This document shows, in pieces, positions 37,205 through 47,048 of a stretch of DNA of 64,000 nucleotides (the stretch's first letter is position 1; each line of letters begins with the position of its first letter). This DNA is from Patiriisocius sp. (GTDB lineage: Bacteria > Bacteroidota > Bacteroidia > Flavobacteriales > Flavobacteriaceae), in contig CBFHMO010000001.1 of NCBI GenBank assembly GCA_965656925.1, positions 23,243 through 87,242 on the forward strand, in the 5' to 3' direction. A program made the translations under genes and the position numbers. Under the pieces are notes generated by a model that did no database searches, was not told the origin of the DNA, and saw nothing but the letters and a program-made list of their open reading frames with translations.

Positions 37205-38445
37205 TGCTGATGCGAATAATTATTGGAGTATTCTTACTCATTTCTACTGTTACGATGGCTCAAAACGGGACTTCGTCACCCTATTCTTTTTATGGTATTG
37301 GTTCTCTTAATTTTAAAGGAACGGTTGAGAACAGAACAATGGGAGGTATTAGCGTGTATTCAGATAGTATTCATCTAGGTGTGCAAAACCCTGCCTCAAT
37401 AGCAGATCTTGATTTAATTAATTACGCAGTTGGTGTAAGCCATAAAGAAACCACCCAGAAAACAGTTTCACAAACACAACAACAATCTACCACTTCTTTT
37501 GATTATTTTGCTGTAGCAATCCCAATGGGTAAACTAGTTTCTAGTTTTGGATTATTACCCTACTCCTCTGTTGGCTATGATACTCAAAATGTTGTGGGTG
37601 ATGTAACAACCAGATATACTGGAGAGGGAGGTCTCAATAAAGCCTTTTTGACATTTGCTTATAGAGTTTCACCAAATTTTAGTTTTGGTATAGATACCAA
37701 TTACAACTTCGGAAATATCGAAAATACCGCATTTAGCGAGCAGGTTGATGTTGAGTTAGGTGCTAGAGAACAAAACAGATCAGACCTGTTAGGGTTTAGT
37801 TTTAATTTTGGAGCCCGTTACAAGGCTAAGGTGTCTAAAAATTTGCAAATACAAACAGCTGTTGGTTATACCCCGGAGACTAATTTTAAGTCCGAAAATT
37901 CACGTCAGAGAGCTACTGTTTTTGTGCTTCCATCTGGATTACAAGTAGTACGAGAAGAAATAGAAGTTGCTGTAACAGATACAGATTTTACATTTCCCTC
38001 TCAGCTAAGTGTAGGAGCAGGAATCGGAAAACCAAAAACATGGTTTGTTGGCCTAGAGTATGTAAATCAAAAAACGAGTAATTTGACCAATCGTACTTTT
38101 GAATTGCAAAACATTACCTACACAGATGCTACAAAATATAAAATAGGAGGATTTTATATTCCTCAGTATAATTCACTTACAAGTTACTATAAACGAATTG
38201 TTTACAGAGCCGGAATACGTTTTGAAGAAACAGGAATAAATTTAAACGGTCAAGGCATTAATGAGTTTGGCATATCTTTTGGAGTTGGTATTCCTGTTGG
38301 AAGATTATTCTCTAATGTTAACGTTGGTTTTGAGATAGGAAAAAGAGGGACTACAGACTTTGGTTTGATACAAGAAAACTTTTTTAACACATTTATAAGT
38401 CTATCTTTTAACGATAGATGGTTTGATAAAAGATATTTAGATTAA
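37201..38445 (+). CDS. Outer membrane beta-barrel protein (FadL-like)
   Basis: Signal peptide, SSPYSFYGIG, NPAS, amphipathic strands; usual coaX-OMP-TPR-lptC synteny. Confidence 0.8.
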   Translation: MMLMRIIIGVFLLISTVTMAQNGTSSPYSFYGIGSLNFKGTVENRTMGGISVYSDSIHLGVQNPASIADLDLINYAVGVSHKETTQKTVSQTQQQSTTSFDYFAVAIPMGKLVSSFGLLPYSSVGYDTQNVVGDVTTRYTGEGGLNKAFLTFAYRVSPNFSFGIDTNYNFGNIENTAFSEQVDVELGAREQNRSDLLGFSFNFGARYKAKVSKNLQIQTAVGYTPETNFKSENSRQRATVFVLPSGLQVVREEIEVAVTDTDFTFPSQLSVGAGIGKPKTWFVGLEYVNQKTSNLTNRTFELQNITYTDATKYKIGGFYIPQYNSLTSYYKRIVYRAGIRFEETGINLNGQGINEFGISFGVGIPVGRLFSNVNVGFEIGKRGTTDFGLIQENFFNTFISLSFNDRWFDKRYLD

Positions 38446-38463
38446 CACAAGAAGATTATTACA

Positions 38464-39825
38464 ATGAAAATAAGAATACTTTTTACTGCATTAACACTTG
38501 CCTTAGTAACAACTTCAGCACTAGCTCAGGATGCACAAGAGTGTATCGCTATGGTGTCGTTATTCACAGAGCCAGCAAAAGCAAAAAATTATCAAGAGGC
38601 TTACAAGCACTATGATAATGTAATTACAAAGTGTCCTCAAACCACCATGGCTGTATATCAATATGCCGCTAAAATGTTTGAAGATTTTATCGCCAATGGA
38701 GATACCGCTAAAATTTCTGATTTAGAAAAATCGTACCAATTAAGAATGCAATACTATCCCTCAAAAACAAAAGAAGGAGCTGTTTTAAGTAAGTTGGCTC
38801 AAGTTCGTTTTGATAAGGGTATTGGTACAAAGCAAGAACAGTTTTCATATTTTGATGCTGCATTTAAAAAAGATCAAGTAAATTTTAAAAGCCCAAAGGC
38901 TTTATATACTTATTTTTCTTTAGCAAAAGATTTATACATAGATGGTGAGAAAGACTTACAAGAAGTTTTTAACTTATATGATGTTGTAAAAAACAAAATG
39001 GAGGTAGAAGAAGGGAAGTTGGCAAAACTCCTTACAGCTCTTATTGATAAAGAAGCTGCCGGCCAAGCTATGTCAAGTAAAGAAAAAAAGAGATTAAGCG
39101 CCTATGAAAAAAACTTACGCATTTTTGGTAAAGTAAAGGGCAGTGTAGATACAAAACTAGGAGGCGTTGCAGATTGTCCTAATCTTGTTATTTTGTATAA
39201 CAAAGATTTTGAGGCCATGAAAGAGGATATTTCTTGGATTAGAAATGCAGCAGGACGTTTGTCTGGAAAAGACTGTACACTAGACCCTCTTTTTATTAAA
39301 TTGGTGGAGCAGCTTGATAGATTAGAGCCAAGTGCAGACACAAAAATGTACTTAGGACAATTAGAGGCGCAGAGCGGGAATGCTTCAAAGGCATTGGTTT
39401 ATTATGAGCAGTCAGCAAAAATGCAAACAGATCCAAACAAGCAGGCTAGAATTTATTACAAAATTGCAGAAGAAAAACGCAAAGCAGGAAGATATAATGC
39501 TGCAAGAACCTTTTACAACCAAGTGTTAAATATAAAGCCAAACGATGGTAGATCTTACCTTAAAATTGCTGCAATGATTGCAAAAAGCTCTAGTGATTGT
39601 GGAGGTACACCCTTTGAGAAAAGAGCTGTAAATTGGAAAGCTGCCCAGTATGCAGATAAAGCAGCAAGAGTAGACCCTTCTATTGCATCAAATGCAAGAG
39701 CTGCAGCAAATAGTTATAGAGCTCGTGCTCCGCAAAAAACAGATATTTTCTCTGCCGGTATGGCTGGAAAACTCATTACCCTTAACTGTTGGGTTGGTGG
39801 CAGTGTAAGAGTACCAAACTTATAA
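38464..39825 (+). CDS. Periplasmic tetratricopeptide repeat protein
   Basis: Signal peptide; Ala/Tyr-patterned helical repeats in the C-terminal half. Confidence 0.8.
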   Translation: MKIRILFTALTLALVTTSALAQDAQECIAMVSLFTEPAKAKNYQEAYKHYDNVITKCPQTTMAVYQYAAKMFEDFIANGDTAKISDLEKSYQLRMQYYPSKTKEGAVLSKLAQVRFDKGIGTKQEQFSYFDAAFKKDQVNFKSPKALYTYFSLAKDLYIDGEKDLQEVFNLYDVVKNKMEVEEGKLAKLLTALIDKEAAGQAMSSKEKKRLSAYEKNLRIFGKVKGSVDTKLGGVADCPNLVILYNKDFEAMKEDISWIRNAAGRLSGKDCTLDPLFIKLVEQLDRLEPSADTKMYLGQLEAQSGNASKALVYYEQSAKMQTDPNKQARIYYKIAEEKRKAGRYNAARTFYNQVLNIKPNDGRSYLKIAAMIAKSSSDCGGTPFEKRAVNWKAAQYADKAARVDPSIASNARAAANSYRARAPQKTDIFSAGMAGKLITLNCWVGGSVRVPNL

Positions 39826-39826
39826 T

Positions 39827-40402
39827 ATGACCATTAAATCATATAGCATACAAAGCGTGATGTCCCTAATTGTGGTCATCACGCTTTTTGCGTGTGATGC
39901 TAATTATAAAGACAAACAAAAATTATCTATAAAGGATGATCAGCCCTTGGCCATTGGAAATCAAATCAACCTAAAATATACAGATAGCGGCAAGGTGGTT
40001 TCTAATCTAATATCAAAAAGTTTGCTAGACTATTCTAACTATGATTTTCCCTACCAAGAGTTTCCACAGGGGGTAGAGGTTCATTTTTGGGAAGATGGCA
40101 AAAAAAGTACTGTTACCTCAGATTATGCGATCAGGTACGGTAAAACGGGTATGATAGATTTGCGTAAAAATGTAGTATTAGTTACCAGTGATAGTTTGAT
40201 CTTAAAGGCAGATCAATTGTATTGGCACCAAACAAAACAATGGGTATTTACAGACCAGCCTTATCAAATAAAATTTAAAGACGGCTCTTATAATGATGGT
40301 TCTCGCTTTGATTCTAGTCAGGATTTCACAGCGTTTATATCAAGAAAAAACACGGGAGTACAACTTATAGAACCACAACAAACCCAAGAAGATGCAAAAT
40401 AA
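39827..40402 (+). CDS. lptC: LPS export protein LptC (lipoprotein)
   Basis: Lipobox LFAC; YTDSG, EFPQG, SDYA, NVV, QLYW, FTD motifs. Confidence 0.85.
   Translation: MTIKSYSIQSVMSLIVVITLFACDANYKDKQKLSIKDDQPLAIGNQINLKYTDSGKVVSNLISKSLLDYSNYDFPYQEFPQGVEVHFWEDGKKSTVTSDYAIRYGKTGMIDLRKNVVLVTSDSLILKADQLYWHQTKQWVFTDQPYQIKFKDGSYNDGSRFDSSQDFTAFISRKNTGVQLIEPQQTQEDAK
39852..39889 (+). terminator. Terminator-like hairpin inside the lptC signal-peptide coding region
   Basis: AAAGCGTGATG-N14-CATCACGCTTTTT, 26 nt after the TPR gene stop. Confidence 0.6.
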
Positions 40403-40601
40403 AATCTACAAACTTTTCGAATACTTTTACTTTGTTATGGCTGCTTTTTCTTTGTACTTAGTTACAAGCCATTGGGCAGACAATAGAGGGAAGGCTTATA
40501 TGTTTATCTTTTTTGCAATTTTAGCTGTATTTATGTTTTTCTTTAAAAGAAAGTTTAGAAAAATGATAGAACAGCGAAATAAAGACCAAAACAAAAAATA
40601 A
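40392..40601 (+). CDS. Small 2-TM hypothetical protein
   Basis: Two hydrophobic segments and a basic tail; translationally coupled to lptC. Confidence 0.65.
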   Translation: MQNKIYKLFEYFYFVMAAFSLYLVTSHWADNRGKAYMFIFFAILAVFMFFFKRKFRKMIEQRNKDQNKK

Positions 40602-40709
40602 CAAAGCTGTTATCTACACCTTTCAGTCTTGATGATCAATATTTGTGTCCTGTAAAGCTCAAGATCATTTGCTATATTTGTGTAGCACTTAATCAATTAT
40701 TATATCCTG

Positions 40710-41966
40710 TTGGAATATCAAATTATTATTATTGTATCGGCACTTTTATGCTCGGCTTTTTTTTCTGGGATGGAGCTTGCTTACGTTTCCTCCAACAAGA
40801 TTTATATTGAGATCGAAAAAAAGCAACAGGGCTTTCTTGCAGCAATTTTAAAAAAAATAACCAAAAGGCCCTCCAAGTTTATAGCCACTATGCTCATTGG
40901 CAATAATATTGCTTTGGTAGTGTATGGGTTTTTTATGGGAGATATATTGATGCAGTATATACCCTTGCAAGGCCCTGTTGGACTCTTATTACAGACCATT
41001 GTTTCTACCCTTGTGATTTTGCTTACAGCTGAGTTTTTGCCCAAGGTATTCTTTCAGATTTATGCCAATGATTTGGTGAAGTTTTTTGCTGTTCCAGCTT
41101 ACTTTTTTTACATTGTTTTTTCCTTGATTTCTGAATTTATTTTATGGATTTCAGATTTGGTTTTAAAATACATTTTTAAAACAGATGGAGATAAGGTAAG
41201 ACTTAGTTTTAGTAAAATTGAACTAGGAAATTACATCAGTGAACAAATGCAGGCTATTGAGACAGAAGATGAGGTAGATTCTGAAATTCAGATATTTCAA
41301 AATGCGCTAGATTTTTCAGACATAAAATCTCGCGAGGTCATGATACCAAGGACCGAAATAATGGCGGTTGACATCTCTACAGCTGTTGATGAGTTAAGTC
41401 TTCTTTTTACTGAAACGGGACTCTCCAAAATAATAATTTATAAAGAAAATATTGATGATGTAGTTGGCTATGTACATTCTTTCGAGCTGTTTAAAAAGCC
41501 ATCTAGTATCCAAAATATGCTTATACCTGTGGTGTTTGTGCCAGAAACTATGTTGGCAAAAGATGTGCTTAATATTTTAAGTAAAAAACATAAAAGTATT
41601 GCAGTTGTGGTAGATGAGTATGGCGGTACCAGTGGGGTTATTACCGTAGAGGATATCATTGAGGAGCTCTTCGGAGAAATAGAAGACGAGCATGACAACA
41701 CCGCCCTTATAGAGCAGGTTATAGAAGAAGATCACTACAGGTTTTCGGCCCGTCTAGAGGTTGATTACTTAAATGAAAACTACAAACTTTCTTTGCCAGA
41801 ACAGGAGCATTACGAAACCCTTGGAGGCATGATTGTTAATTTCACACAAGGAATACCCCAGGCTGGAGAAACCGTAGTGATAGGTAAGTACCAGATAGAA
41901 ATCATGGAGGTTTCTACAACCAAAATTGACTTGGTTTGCATTAAAATAAACAATCCAGACACCTAA
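40710..41966 (+). CDS. Hemolysin family / CNNM-CBS-CorC transporter-associated protein
   Basis: SAFFSGME, LIGNNI, AEFLPK, MIPR, VVDEYGGTSG..TVEDIIEELFGEIEDEHD, ETLGG. Confidence 0.93.
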   Translation: MEYQIIIIVSALLCSAFFSGMELAYVSSNKIYIEIEKKQQGFLAAILKKITKRPSKFIATMLIGNNIALVVYGFFMGDILMQYIPLQGPVGLLLQTIVSTLVILLTAEFLPKVFFQIYANDLVKFFAVPAYFFYIVFSLISEFILWISDLVLKYIFKTDGDKVRLSFSKIELGNYISEQMQAIETEDEVDSEIQIFQNALDFSDIKSREVMIPRTEIMAVDISTAVDELSLLFTETGLSKIIIYKENIDDVVGYVHSFELFKKPSSIQNMLIPVVFVPETMLAKDVLNILSKKHKSIAVVVDEYGGTSGVITVEDIIEELFGEIEDEHDNTALIEQVIEEDHYRFSARLEVDYLNENYKLSLPEQEHYETLGGMIVNFTQGIPQAGETVVIGKYQIEIMEVSTTKIDLVCIKINNPDT

Positions 41967-42145
41967 GCAATCTTAGGGTGGGTGAATGAAAATTCATTGC
42001 TTGTAGTTTCTCTTTAGAATTTCATGCAGTTTTTTGCTGTAACTTTTCATCAAAACTATTTTATTAGTGCAGGGAAAATGGTATTTTCGCCCACTAAATT
42101 AATGCGAACACTACATGTAGAGTGTTCTTAAATTAAAAATGACAG

Positions 42146-44269
42146 ATGGCAATATTAAATAGCATTAGAAAAAGAGGCGTTTTCCTTATCATAATTATAG
42201 CGTTAGCATTATTCTCTTTCATCTTGGCAGATGTAATACGTAATGGTGGTTTTTCTTCTGAAAAATCATTAACAACAGTAGCTACCATAAATGGTGAATC
42301 CCTTACGCGTGATATTTTTATGAAGCAAGTAGAGGTCACACAACGAAACTTGGGAGAGAATGGAACTACTGCTCAGGCAATGAATATGGTTTGGGATCGT
42401 GAACTGCGTAGTGTATTGCAACAACAACAATACAATGCTTTAGGACTTACTGCTCAAAAAGAGCAATTAGAAGAGTCATTGCGAATGGGTCTGGCTTCAA
42501 ATCCAACCTTTCAAGACGCCGACGGAATTTACAGCGCCTTAAAAGTGCAAGAATATATTGCAAATGTAAAAGCAACCAATCCAACTGCTTATCAGCAGTG
42601 GTTAGATTATGAAAATAATTTAAAGAGCGGCGCTTTGCAGACTACCTACTACAACATGATTAAAGCGGGTATGAGAAGCACCCTTAGTGAAGGTGAGCAA
42701 GAGTATCGTTACCAGAATGATAAAATTAACATGCAGTATGTATATGTGCCTTACACCTCTATACCAGATGCAGATGTAAGTGTTACAGATTCAGAAATTG
42801 AAGCATACATTAGAAATAACGCTGCAGATTACGAGCAAACTCCGCAGGTTGATGTGCAGTTTGTGTCATTTTCTGAAGCACCTTCAGATGTAGATATTGC
42901 AGACGCAGAAGCAGCTATTACAAGTCTTTTGAAAGACCGTGAGGTATACAACTCAAATATAAAAGCTACAGAGATTTTAAAAGGCTTAGAAAATACCCAA
43001 GATTACCAAAATTTCATTAATGACAATAGTGATGTTCCTTTCCAGGACAGGTATTTCTTTAAAAGTGATATTCCAGAGGCTATTGCAGAAGATCTTTTTG
43101 CAACACCTTTAAATGGTATTTACGGCCCTTACAAATTGGGAGACAATAATAATATTTCAAAAGTAATTGGCATAACACAAATGCCAGATTCTGTGCAATC
43201 AAGACATATCTTGATAAGATACCAAGGATCTTTTAGAGCCTCTGATGCAATTACGCGAAGTAAAGAAGATGCCAAGTCTATGGCAGATAGTATTGCAAGA
43301 GTTTTAAAAAGAAATAAAAAGAAATTTGAAGCCCTAGCCAAAACATTGTCTGATGATAAATCAAACAGTGATAAGGGAGGTGATTTAGGATATGCTGGAC
43401 CAGGAAAAATGACCAAAGAATTTAATGACTTTATTTTTGACAATAAAACAGGAACTCTTGGTGTTGTTGAAACTGAGTTTGGTTTTCATGTTGTAGAGGT
43501 TCAAGAGCAAAAGAATAAGCAAAAAGCAATGAAGTTTGCAACACTCTCTAAAGAGATTGAAGCTTCAGAAAAAACACTTAATGAAGTGTTTGCAAATGCC
43601 TCAAGGTTTGAGTTGGCTGCGCAAAAAGGTGATTTCTCCCAAATTGCAAAGCAGCAAGAACTTGCTTTAAAGCCAGTAAATAAAATTGGACCCTTAGATG
43701 CTACCATCCCTGGAGTTGGAAATAATCGTAGTATAGTAAACTGGGCCTTTGGAGAAGATGTATCTGTTACAGATGTAAAGCGTTTTAGTATTCTAGATGG
43801 CTATGTGGTTGTACAACTTACTAGAAAGAGTCCTAAAGGCTTAATGAGTATTGCTGAGGCATCTGCTTTGGTAATGCCAAAACTTAGAAACGGCCTCAAA
43901 GCAAAACAAATCATGGCCACTATTTCTGGTAATGATTTAGATGCTATTGCATCTAGTCAAGGCATTACACTGCAAAACGCAACTGCCATTACTATGGCCG
44001 CACCAACTATACCTGGCGCAGGCGCAGAACCTGAGGTAGTAGGTGCTGCATTTGCAAAAGCTGCTGGAGAAACAACTAGCTTAATTGCTGGAGAAAAAGG
44101 GGTGTTTATAGTGCGTGTAACGGCTGTTAACAATGCCCCGGCTTTAGATAATTACGCTTCTTTTGCAAACCAATTAAATAGCGCCGCTACACCAGCGGTA
44201 AATACCAAAGTGTACCAAGCACTCAAAAATGCTGCAGAGATTGAAGACAATAGAGCTAATTTCTTTTAA
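42146..44269 (+). CDS. ppiD: Membrane-anchored periplasmic chaperone / parvulin PPIase PpiD
   Basis: N-terminal TM, SurA_N-like region, rotamase motifs SRHILI, SDD, GGDLG, ETEFGFHV. Confidence 0.9.
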   Translation: MAILNSIRKRGVFLIIIIALALFSFILADVIRNGGFSSEKSLTTVATINGESLTRDIFMKQVEVTQRNLGENGTTAQAMNMVWDRELRSVLQQQQYNALGLTAQKEQLEESLRMGLASNPTFQDADGIYSALKVQEYIANVKATNPTAYQQWLDYENNLKSGALQTTYYNMIKAGMRSTLSEGEQEYRYQNDKINMQYVYVPYTSIPDADVSVTDSEIEAYIRNNAADYEQTPQVDVQFVSFSEAPSDVDIADAEAAITSLLKDREVYNSNIKATEILKGLENTQDYQNFINDNSDVPFQDRYFFKSDIPEAIAEDLFATPLNGIYGPYKLGDNNNISKVIGITQMPDSVQSRHILIRYQGSFRASDAITRSKEDAKSMADSIARVLKRNKKKFEALAKTLSDDKSNSDKGGDLGYAGPGKMTKEFNDFIFDNKTGTLGVVETEFGFHVVEVQEQKNKQKAMKFATLSKEIEASEKTLNEVFANASRFELAAQKGDFSQIAKQQELALKPVNKIGPLDATIPGVGNNRSIVNWAFGEDVSVTDVKRFSILDGYVVVQLTRKSPKGLMSIAEASALVMPKLRNGLKAKQIMATISGNDLDAIASSQGITLQNATAITMAAPTIPGAGAEPEVVGAAFAKAAGETTSLIAGEKGVFIVRVTAVNNAPALDNYASFANQLNSAATPAVNTKVYQALKNAAEIEDNRANFF

Positions 44270-44289
44270 AAGGATTTAAATATTATTTT

Positions 44290-44326
44290 AATCCGTCTAC
44301 TTTTTAAAAGTAGGCGGATTTTTTTT
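44290..44326. terminator. Terminator between convergent ppiD and blh
   Basis: AATCCGTCTACTTTT-t-AAAAGTAGGCGGATT plus T tract; overlaps the last codons of blh. Confidence 0.8.
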
Positions 44327-45196
44327 GAACATTTTTGAAATTACAAAAGAATGCGCAAAAGTTATTGCTCCTAAAAAAGAAAAAATAATAGGTAGAAAAA
44401 TCTGCTTATCATCTTTAAAGAAATACAATAAGCTGCCAATGCCTACAATTGAGATAAGCCATACCACAAATGATTTTTGAATGTATTTTAAAAACGATTT
44501 CCAGGAAATTTCTTTATACAGGTAGTCTAATTGTTCTATAATAGAAGGAATACTATGCCATAATATAAAATATATGGCAAAGCTCCATATAAGATTTGAG
44601 CTACTAAAAACTATAAAGAACACTAATAGCAAGAAAAGTTCATAGGCAATAGTTTTAAGACTAAAGGTGTGGTCTAGGTAGTATTTGACCCCCGTCAAGG
44701 CAAAGACAATAAAGGACCCAAGTAAGCAGTAGTAATACACATTGTTGTCAAGGGTGTAGCCAATGATGTCCTTTATTATAATAGACACCTCAGGTATGTT
44801 TAGGGCAAGGATTAAAAATAGTACCACTAAGCCATAGCTGATAAAGAGAATGGCTCTCAAGAGAGAACTTTTCTTTACAATGTTATGAAAGTGTTGTTCT
44901 CCAAAATGATATCCACTAAATAAAATAAAAAACAACAATGCAATTTTTGGTGCTATATAGAATATAAGTGCTGCAATAATTACTACCAGTATATATCCAG
45001 ATAAAAACAACCCAAGTCTTTTTAAGGTAGCTACTTTTTTAATTTTACTGACAATAGACAGGTCATTAGATCCATGTAAAATACCAAGTGTAAAAATAAA
45101 AAAGAACCCGATACCATACTGCACACTCTCAGGGATTTGGCTTGTAAGCCAGAGACAGAAAAAAGTTGTTGTAATCAAGATATTGTTAATGTTCAT
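44297..45196 (-). CDS. blh: Brp/Blh beta-carotene 15,15'-dioxygenase
   Basis: Four His ligands in GILHGSND, SGYHFGEQ, YFILWHS and TFAH; divergent from proteorhodopsin. Confidence 0.95.
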   Translation of the reverse strand: MNINNILITTTFFCLWLTSQIPESVQYGIGFFFIFTLGILHGSNDLSIVSKIKKVATLKRLGLFLSGYILVVIIAALIFYIAPKIALLFFILFSGYHFGEQHFHNIVKKSSLLRAILFISYGLVVLFLILALNIPEVSIIIKDIIGYTLDNNVYYYCLLGSFIVFALTGVKYYLDHTFSLKTIAYELFLLLVFFIVFSSSNLIWSFAIYFILWHSIPSIIEQLDYLYKEISWKSFLKYIQKSFVVWLISIVGIGSLLYFFKDDKQIFLPIIFSFLGAITFAHSFVISKMFKKNPPTFKK

Positions 45197-45279
45197 GCGG
45201 TAAATTTATCAAATTAATAATGTTATTTATTGAATTTTATCAAATTACTTTAAAAAGTGCTAGGTTGTTGCATTTTTTT

Positions 45280-45303
45280 TTGTTTAATTTATACCTTAAA
45301 CAA
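45280..45303. promoter_or_regulatory. Palindromic candidate operator upstream of proteorhodopsin
   Basis: TTGTTTAA-N8-TTAAACAA, a perfect 8-bp inverted repeat. Confidence 0.5.
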
Positions 45304-45324
45304 TATTAACAAAACCAAAAAAAA

Positions 45325-46044
45325 ATGACAAATTCTACTTTACTAATTTTGGGGGACGTAAATAGCCCAGTCAATTTCACATTCTTTATAGGATGTATGG
45401 CAATGATGGCAGCTTCTGCTTTCTTTTTCTTATCGTTAAATCAATTTGACAAAAAATGGAGAACTTCTGTTTTAGTGTCTGGTTTAATTACTTTTATTGC
45501 AGCAGTACACTACATGTACATGCGTGACGCAGCTATGGCTGGAGATGCAATGAACATTACAGCATTTAGATATGTGGATTGGATTTTAACTGTTCCACTA
45601 ATGTGCGTTGAGTTCTACTTAATTCTAAAGGTAGCTGGTGCAAAAAAATCTTTAATGTGGCGTTTAATTTTCCTTTCTGTGATTATGTTAGTTACAGGAT
45701 ACATGGGAGAATCTGGTTATGATGCAGTAATTTGGGGAACCATTTCTGGTTTAGCTTATTTTGCAATTGTATACGAGATTTGGTTAGGTGGAGCAGCAAA
45801 ACTAGCAAAAGAAGCTGGTGGAGATGTTTTAGCAGCTCACAAAATACTTTGCTGGTTCGTACTAGTTGGTTGGGCAATTTACCCAATTGGTTACATGGCT
45901 GGAACAGCAGGATGGTATGGTGATGCAGGTTTATTCTTCGGAATGGAACTAGACATGCAAGTACTGTATAACATCGCAGATGCAATTAACAAAATTGGAT
46001 TTGGTCTTGTAATTTATTCTTTAGCAGTTAAGAAAACAGCTTAA
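45325..46044 (+). CDS. Proteorhodopsin, DTE proton pump, green-absorbing (Met) type
   Basis: 7 TM; RYVDWILTVPLMCVEF gives D85/T89/E96 and tuning residue M93; H62; retinal Lys in ADAINKIGFG. Confidence 0.97.
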   Translation: MTNSTLLILGDVNSPVNFTFFIGCMAMMAASAFFFLSLNQFDKKWRTSVLVSGLITFIAAVHYMYMRDAAMAGDAMNITAFRYVDWILTVPLMCVEFYLILKVAGAKKSLMWRLIFLSVIMLVTGYMGESGYDAVIWGTISGLAYFAIVYEIWLGGAAKLAKEAGGDVLAAHKILCWFVLVGWAIYPIGYMAGTAGWYGDAGLFFGMELDMQVLYNIADAINKIGFGLVIYSLAVKKTA

Positions 46045-46070
46045 GTTTTTCAAGCCTTCAATTAAATATT

Positions 46071-46099
46071 AGCGCAACCCTAGGGTTGCGCTTTTTTTT
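46071..46099 (+). terminator. Intrinsic terminator after proteorhodopsin
   Basis: Palindrome AGCGCAACCCTAGGGTTGCGCT followed by a T tract. Confidence 0.92.
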
Positions 46100-46141
46100 G
46101 CATAATTTTAAAGCTAAAGGGTGATTTACTTCTTTGGTTTT

Positions 46142-47047
46142 TTATGCAATCATATCATCAAAAGCAATGATGGTGGTATATCCTTTATTTTTAAAATAGG
46201 CCATGTCTTGTTTGCTTCCTGTAGCGAGTACAAAGTCTCCTCCCCAGGCGCCAAGGCTTTTTATGGAGTTTGGATAGTCATTAAATAATAACTCTTTAAC
46301 AGTGGCTTGTCCCAGAAGTAAAGCTATTTTCTTTTCATGTGCATCTAGAATTCTTTCTAGATCTTCAAGGGTGTAACAAACAAGCGCTTTTTTGCTTAAA
46401 TCTGTAATGGCCTCAAGTATCCTTGGGTCTTTCTCTATTTTCTTGTAAGTGTTAATTGCCTGTTTACTATCTTGTTTTTGGTTGAGGTGCACAAAAAACA
46501 AATGATCTGTAAAGCTCCAAGTAAGCGTGCAGGGTTGCACCTGTGGCATGTTATCTTTTAGGGTATAAAAAATAGGGGTATTATGCTGCGCTGCAGCAAT
46601 ATCATACCCACTGCCCCCAAAACTTTCTTTTAAGAGGGTAAAGCCATCTATTTGAGCCCACTGTGCTATGTTGTTGATAAGGGTAGAGGAAGTTCCTAGC
46701 CCCCAATCTCTCGGGAAATCTAATTGTGTAAGTACTGCTAAACCTTTACTTTGCTTTAAAAATGAAGTGTTGTGTATTCTAGCCGTTTGTAAAATAGTAC
46801 ACAGTGTTTTGGCTATTTTAGATGTATTGCTACTGGTAAGGCTTTTAAGGTCTATATGTGTTTCAAACCAAATATTACCTGTATGATCTTTACTTACCCA
46901 ATCAAGGGTCATCTCGTTATTATCTGTAACAGTGAGAGATTGTCCATACCTTGTGGGTATAGCTAACGCTGTTGCTCCATCCAAAACAACATACTCTCCC
47001 GTGATTAGAAGTTTACCATGGCTTTTATATATAGTTTGCCTGCTCAC
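46142..47047 (-). CDS. GYDIA family GHMP kinase (probable phosphomevalonate-kinase role)
   Basis: GKLLITGEY, WGLGTSS, GGSGYDIA, KSLGAWGGD; 1 bp downstream of HMG-CoA reductase. Confidence 0.88.
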   Translation of the reverse strand: MSRQTIYKSHGKLLITGEYVVLDGATALAIPTRYGQSLTVTDNNEMTLDWVSKDHTGNIWFETHIDLKSLTSSNTSKIAKTLCTILQTARIHNTSFLKQSKGLAVLTQLDFPRDWGLGTSSTLINNIAQWAQIDGFTLLKESFGGSGYDIAAAQHNTPIFYTLKDNMPQVQPCTLTWSFTDHLFFVHLNQKQDSKQAINTYKKIEKDPRILEAITDLSKKALVCYTLEDLERILDAHEKKIALLLGQATVKELLFNDYPNSIKSLGAWGGDFVLATGSKQDMAYFKNKGYTTIIAFDDMIA

Positions 47048-47048
47048 T

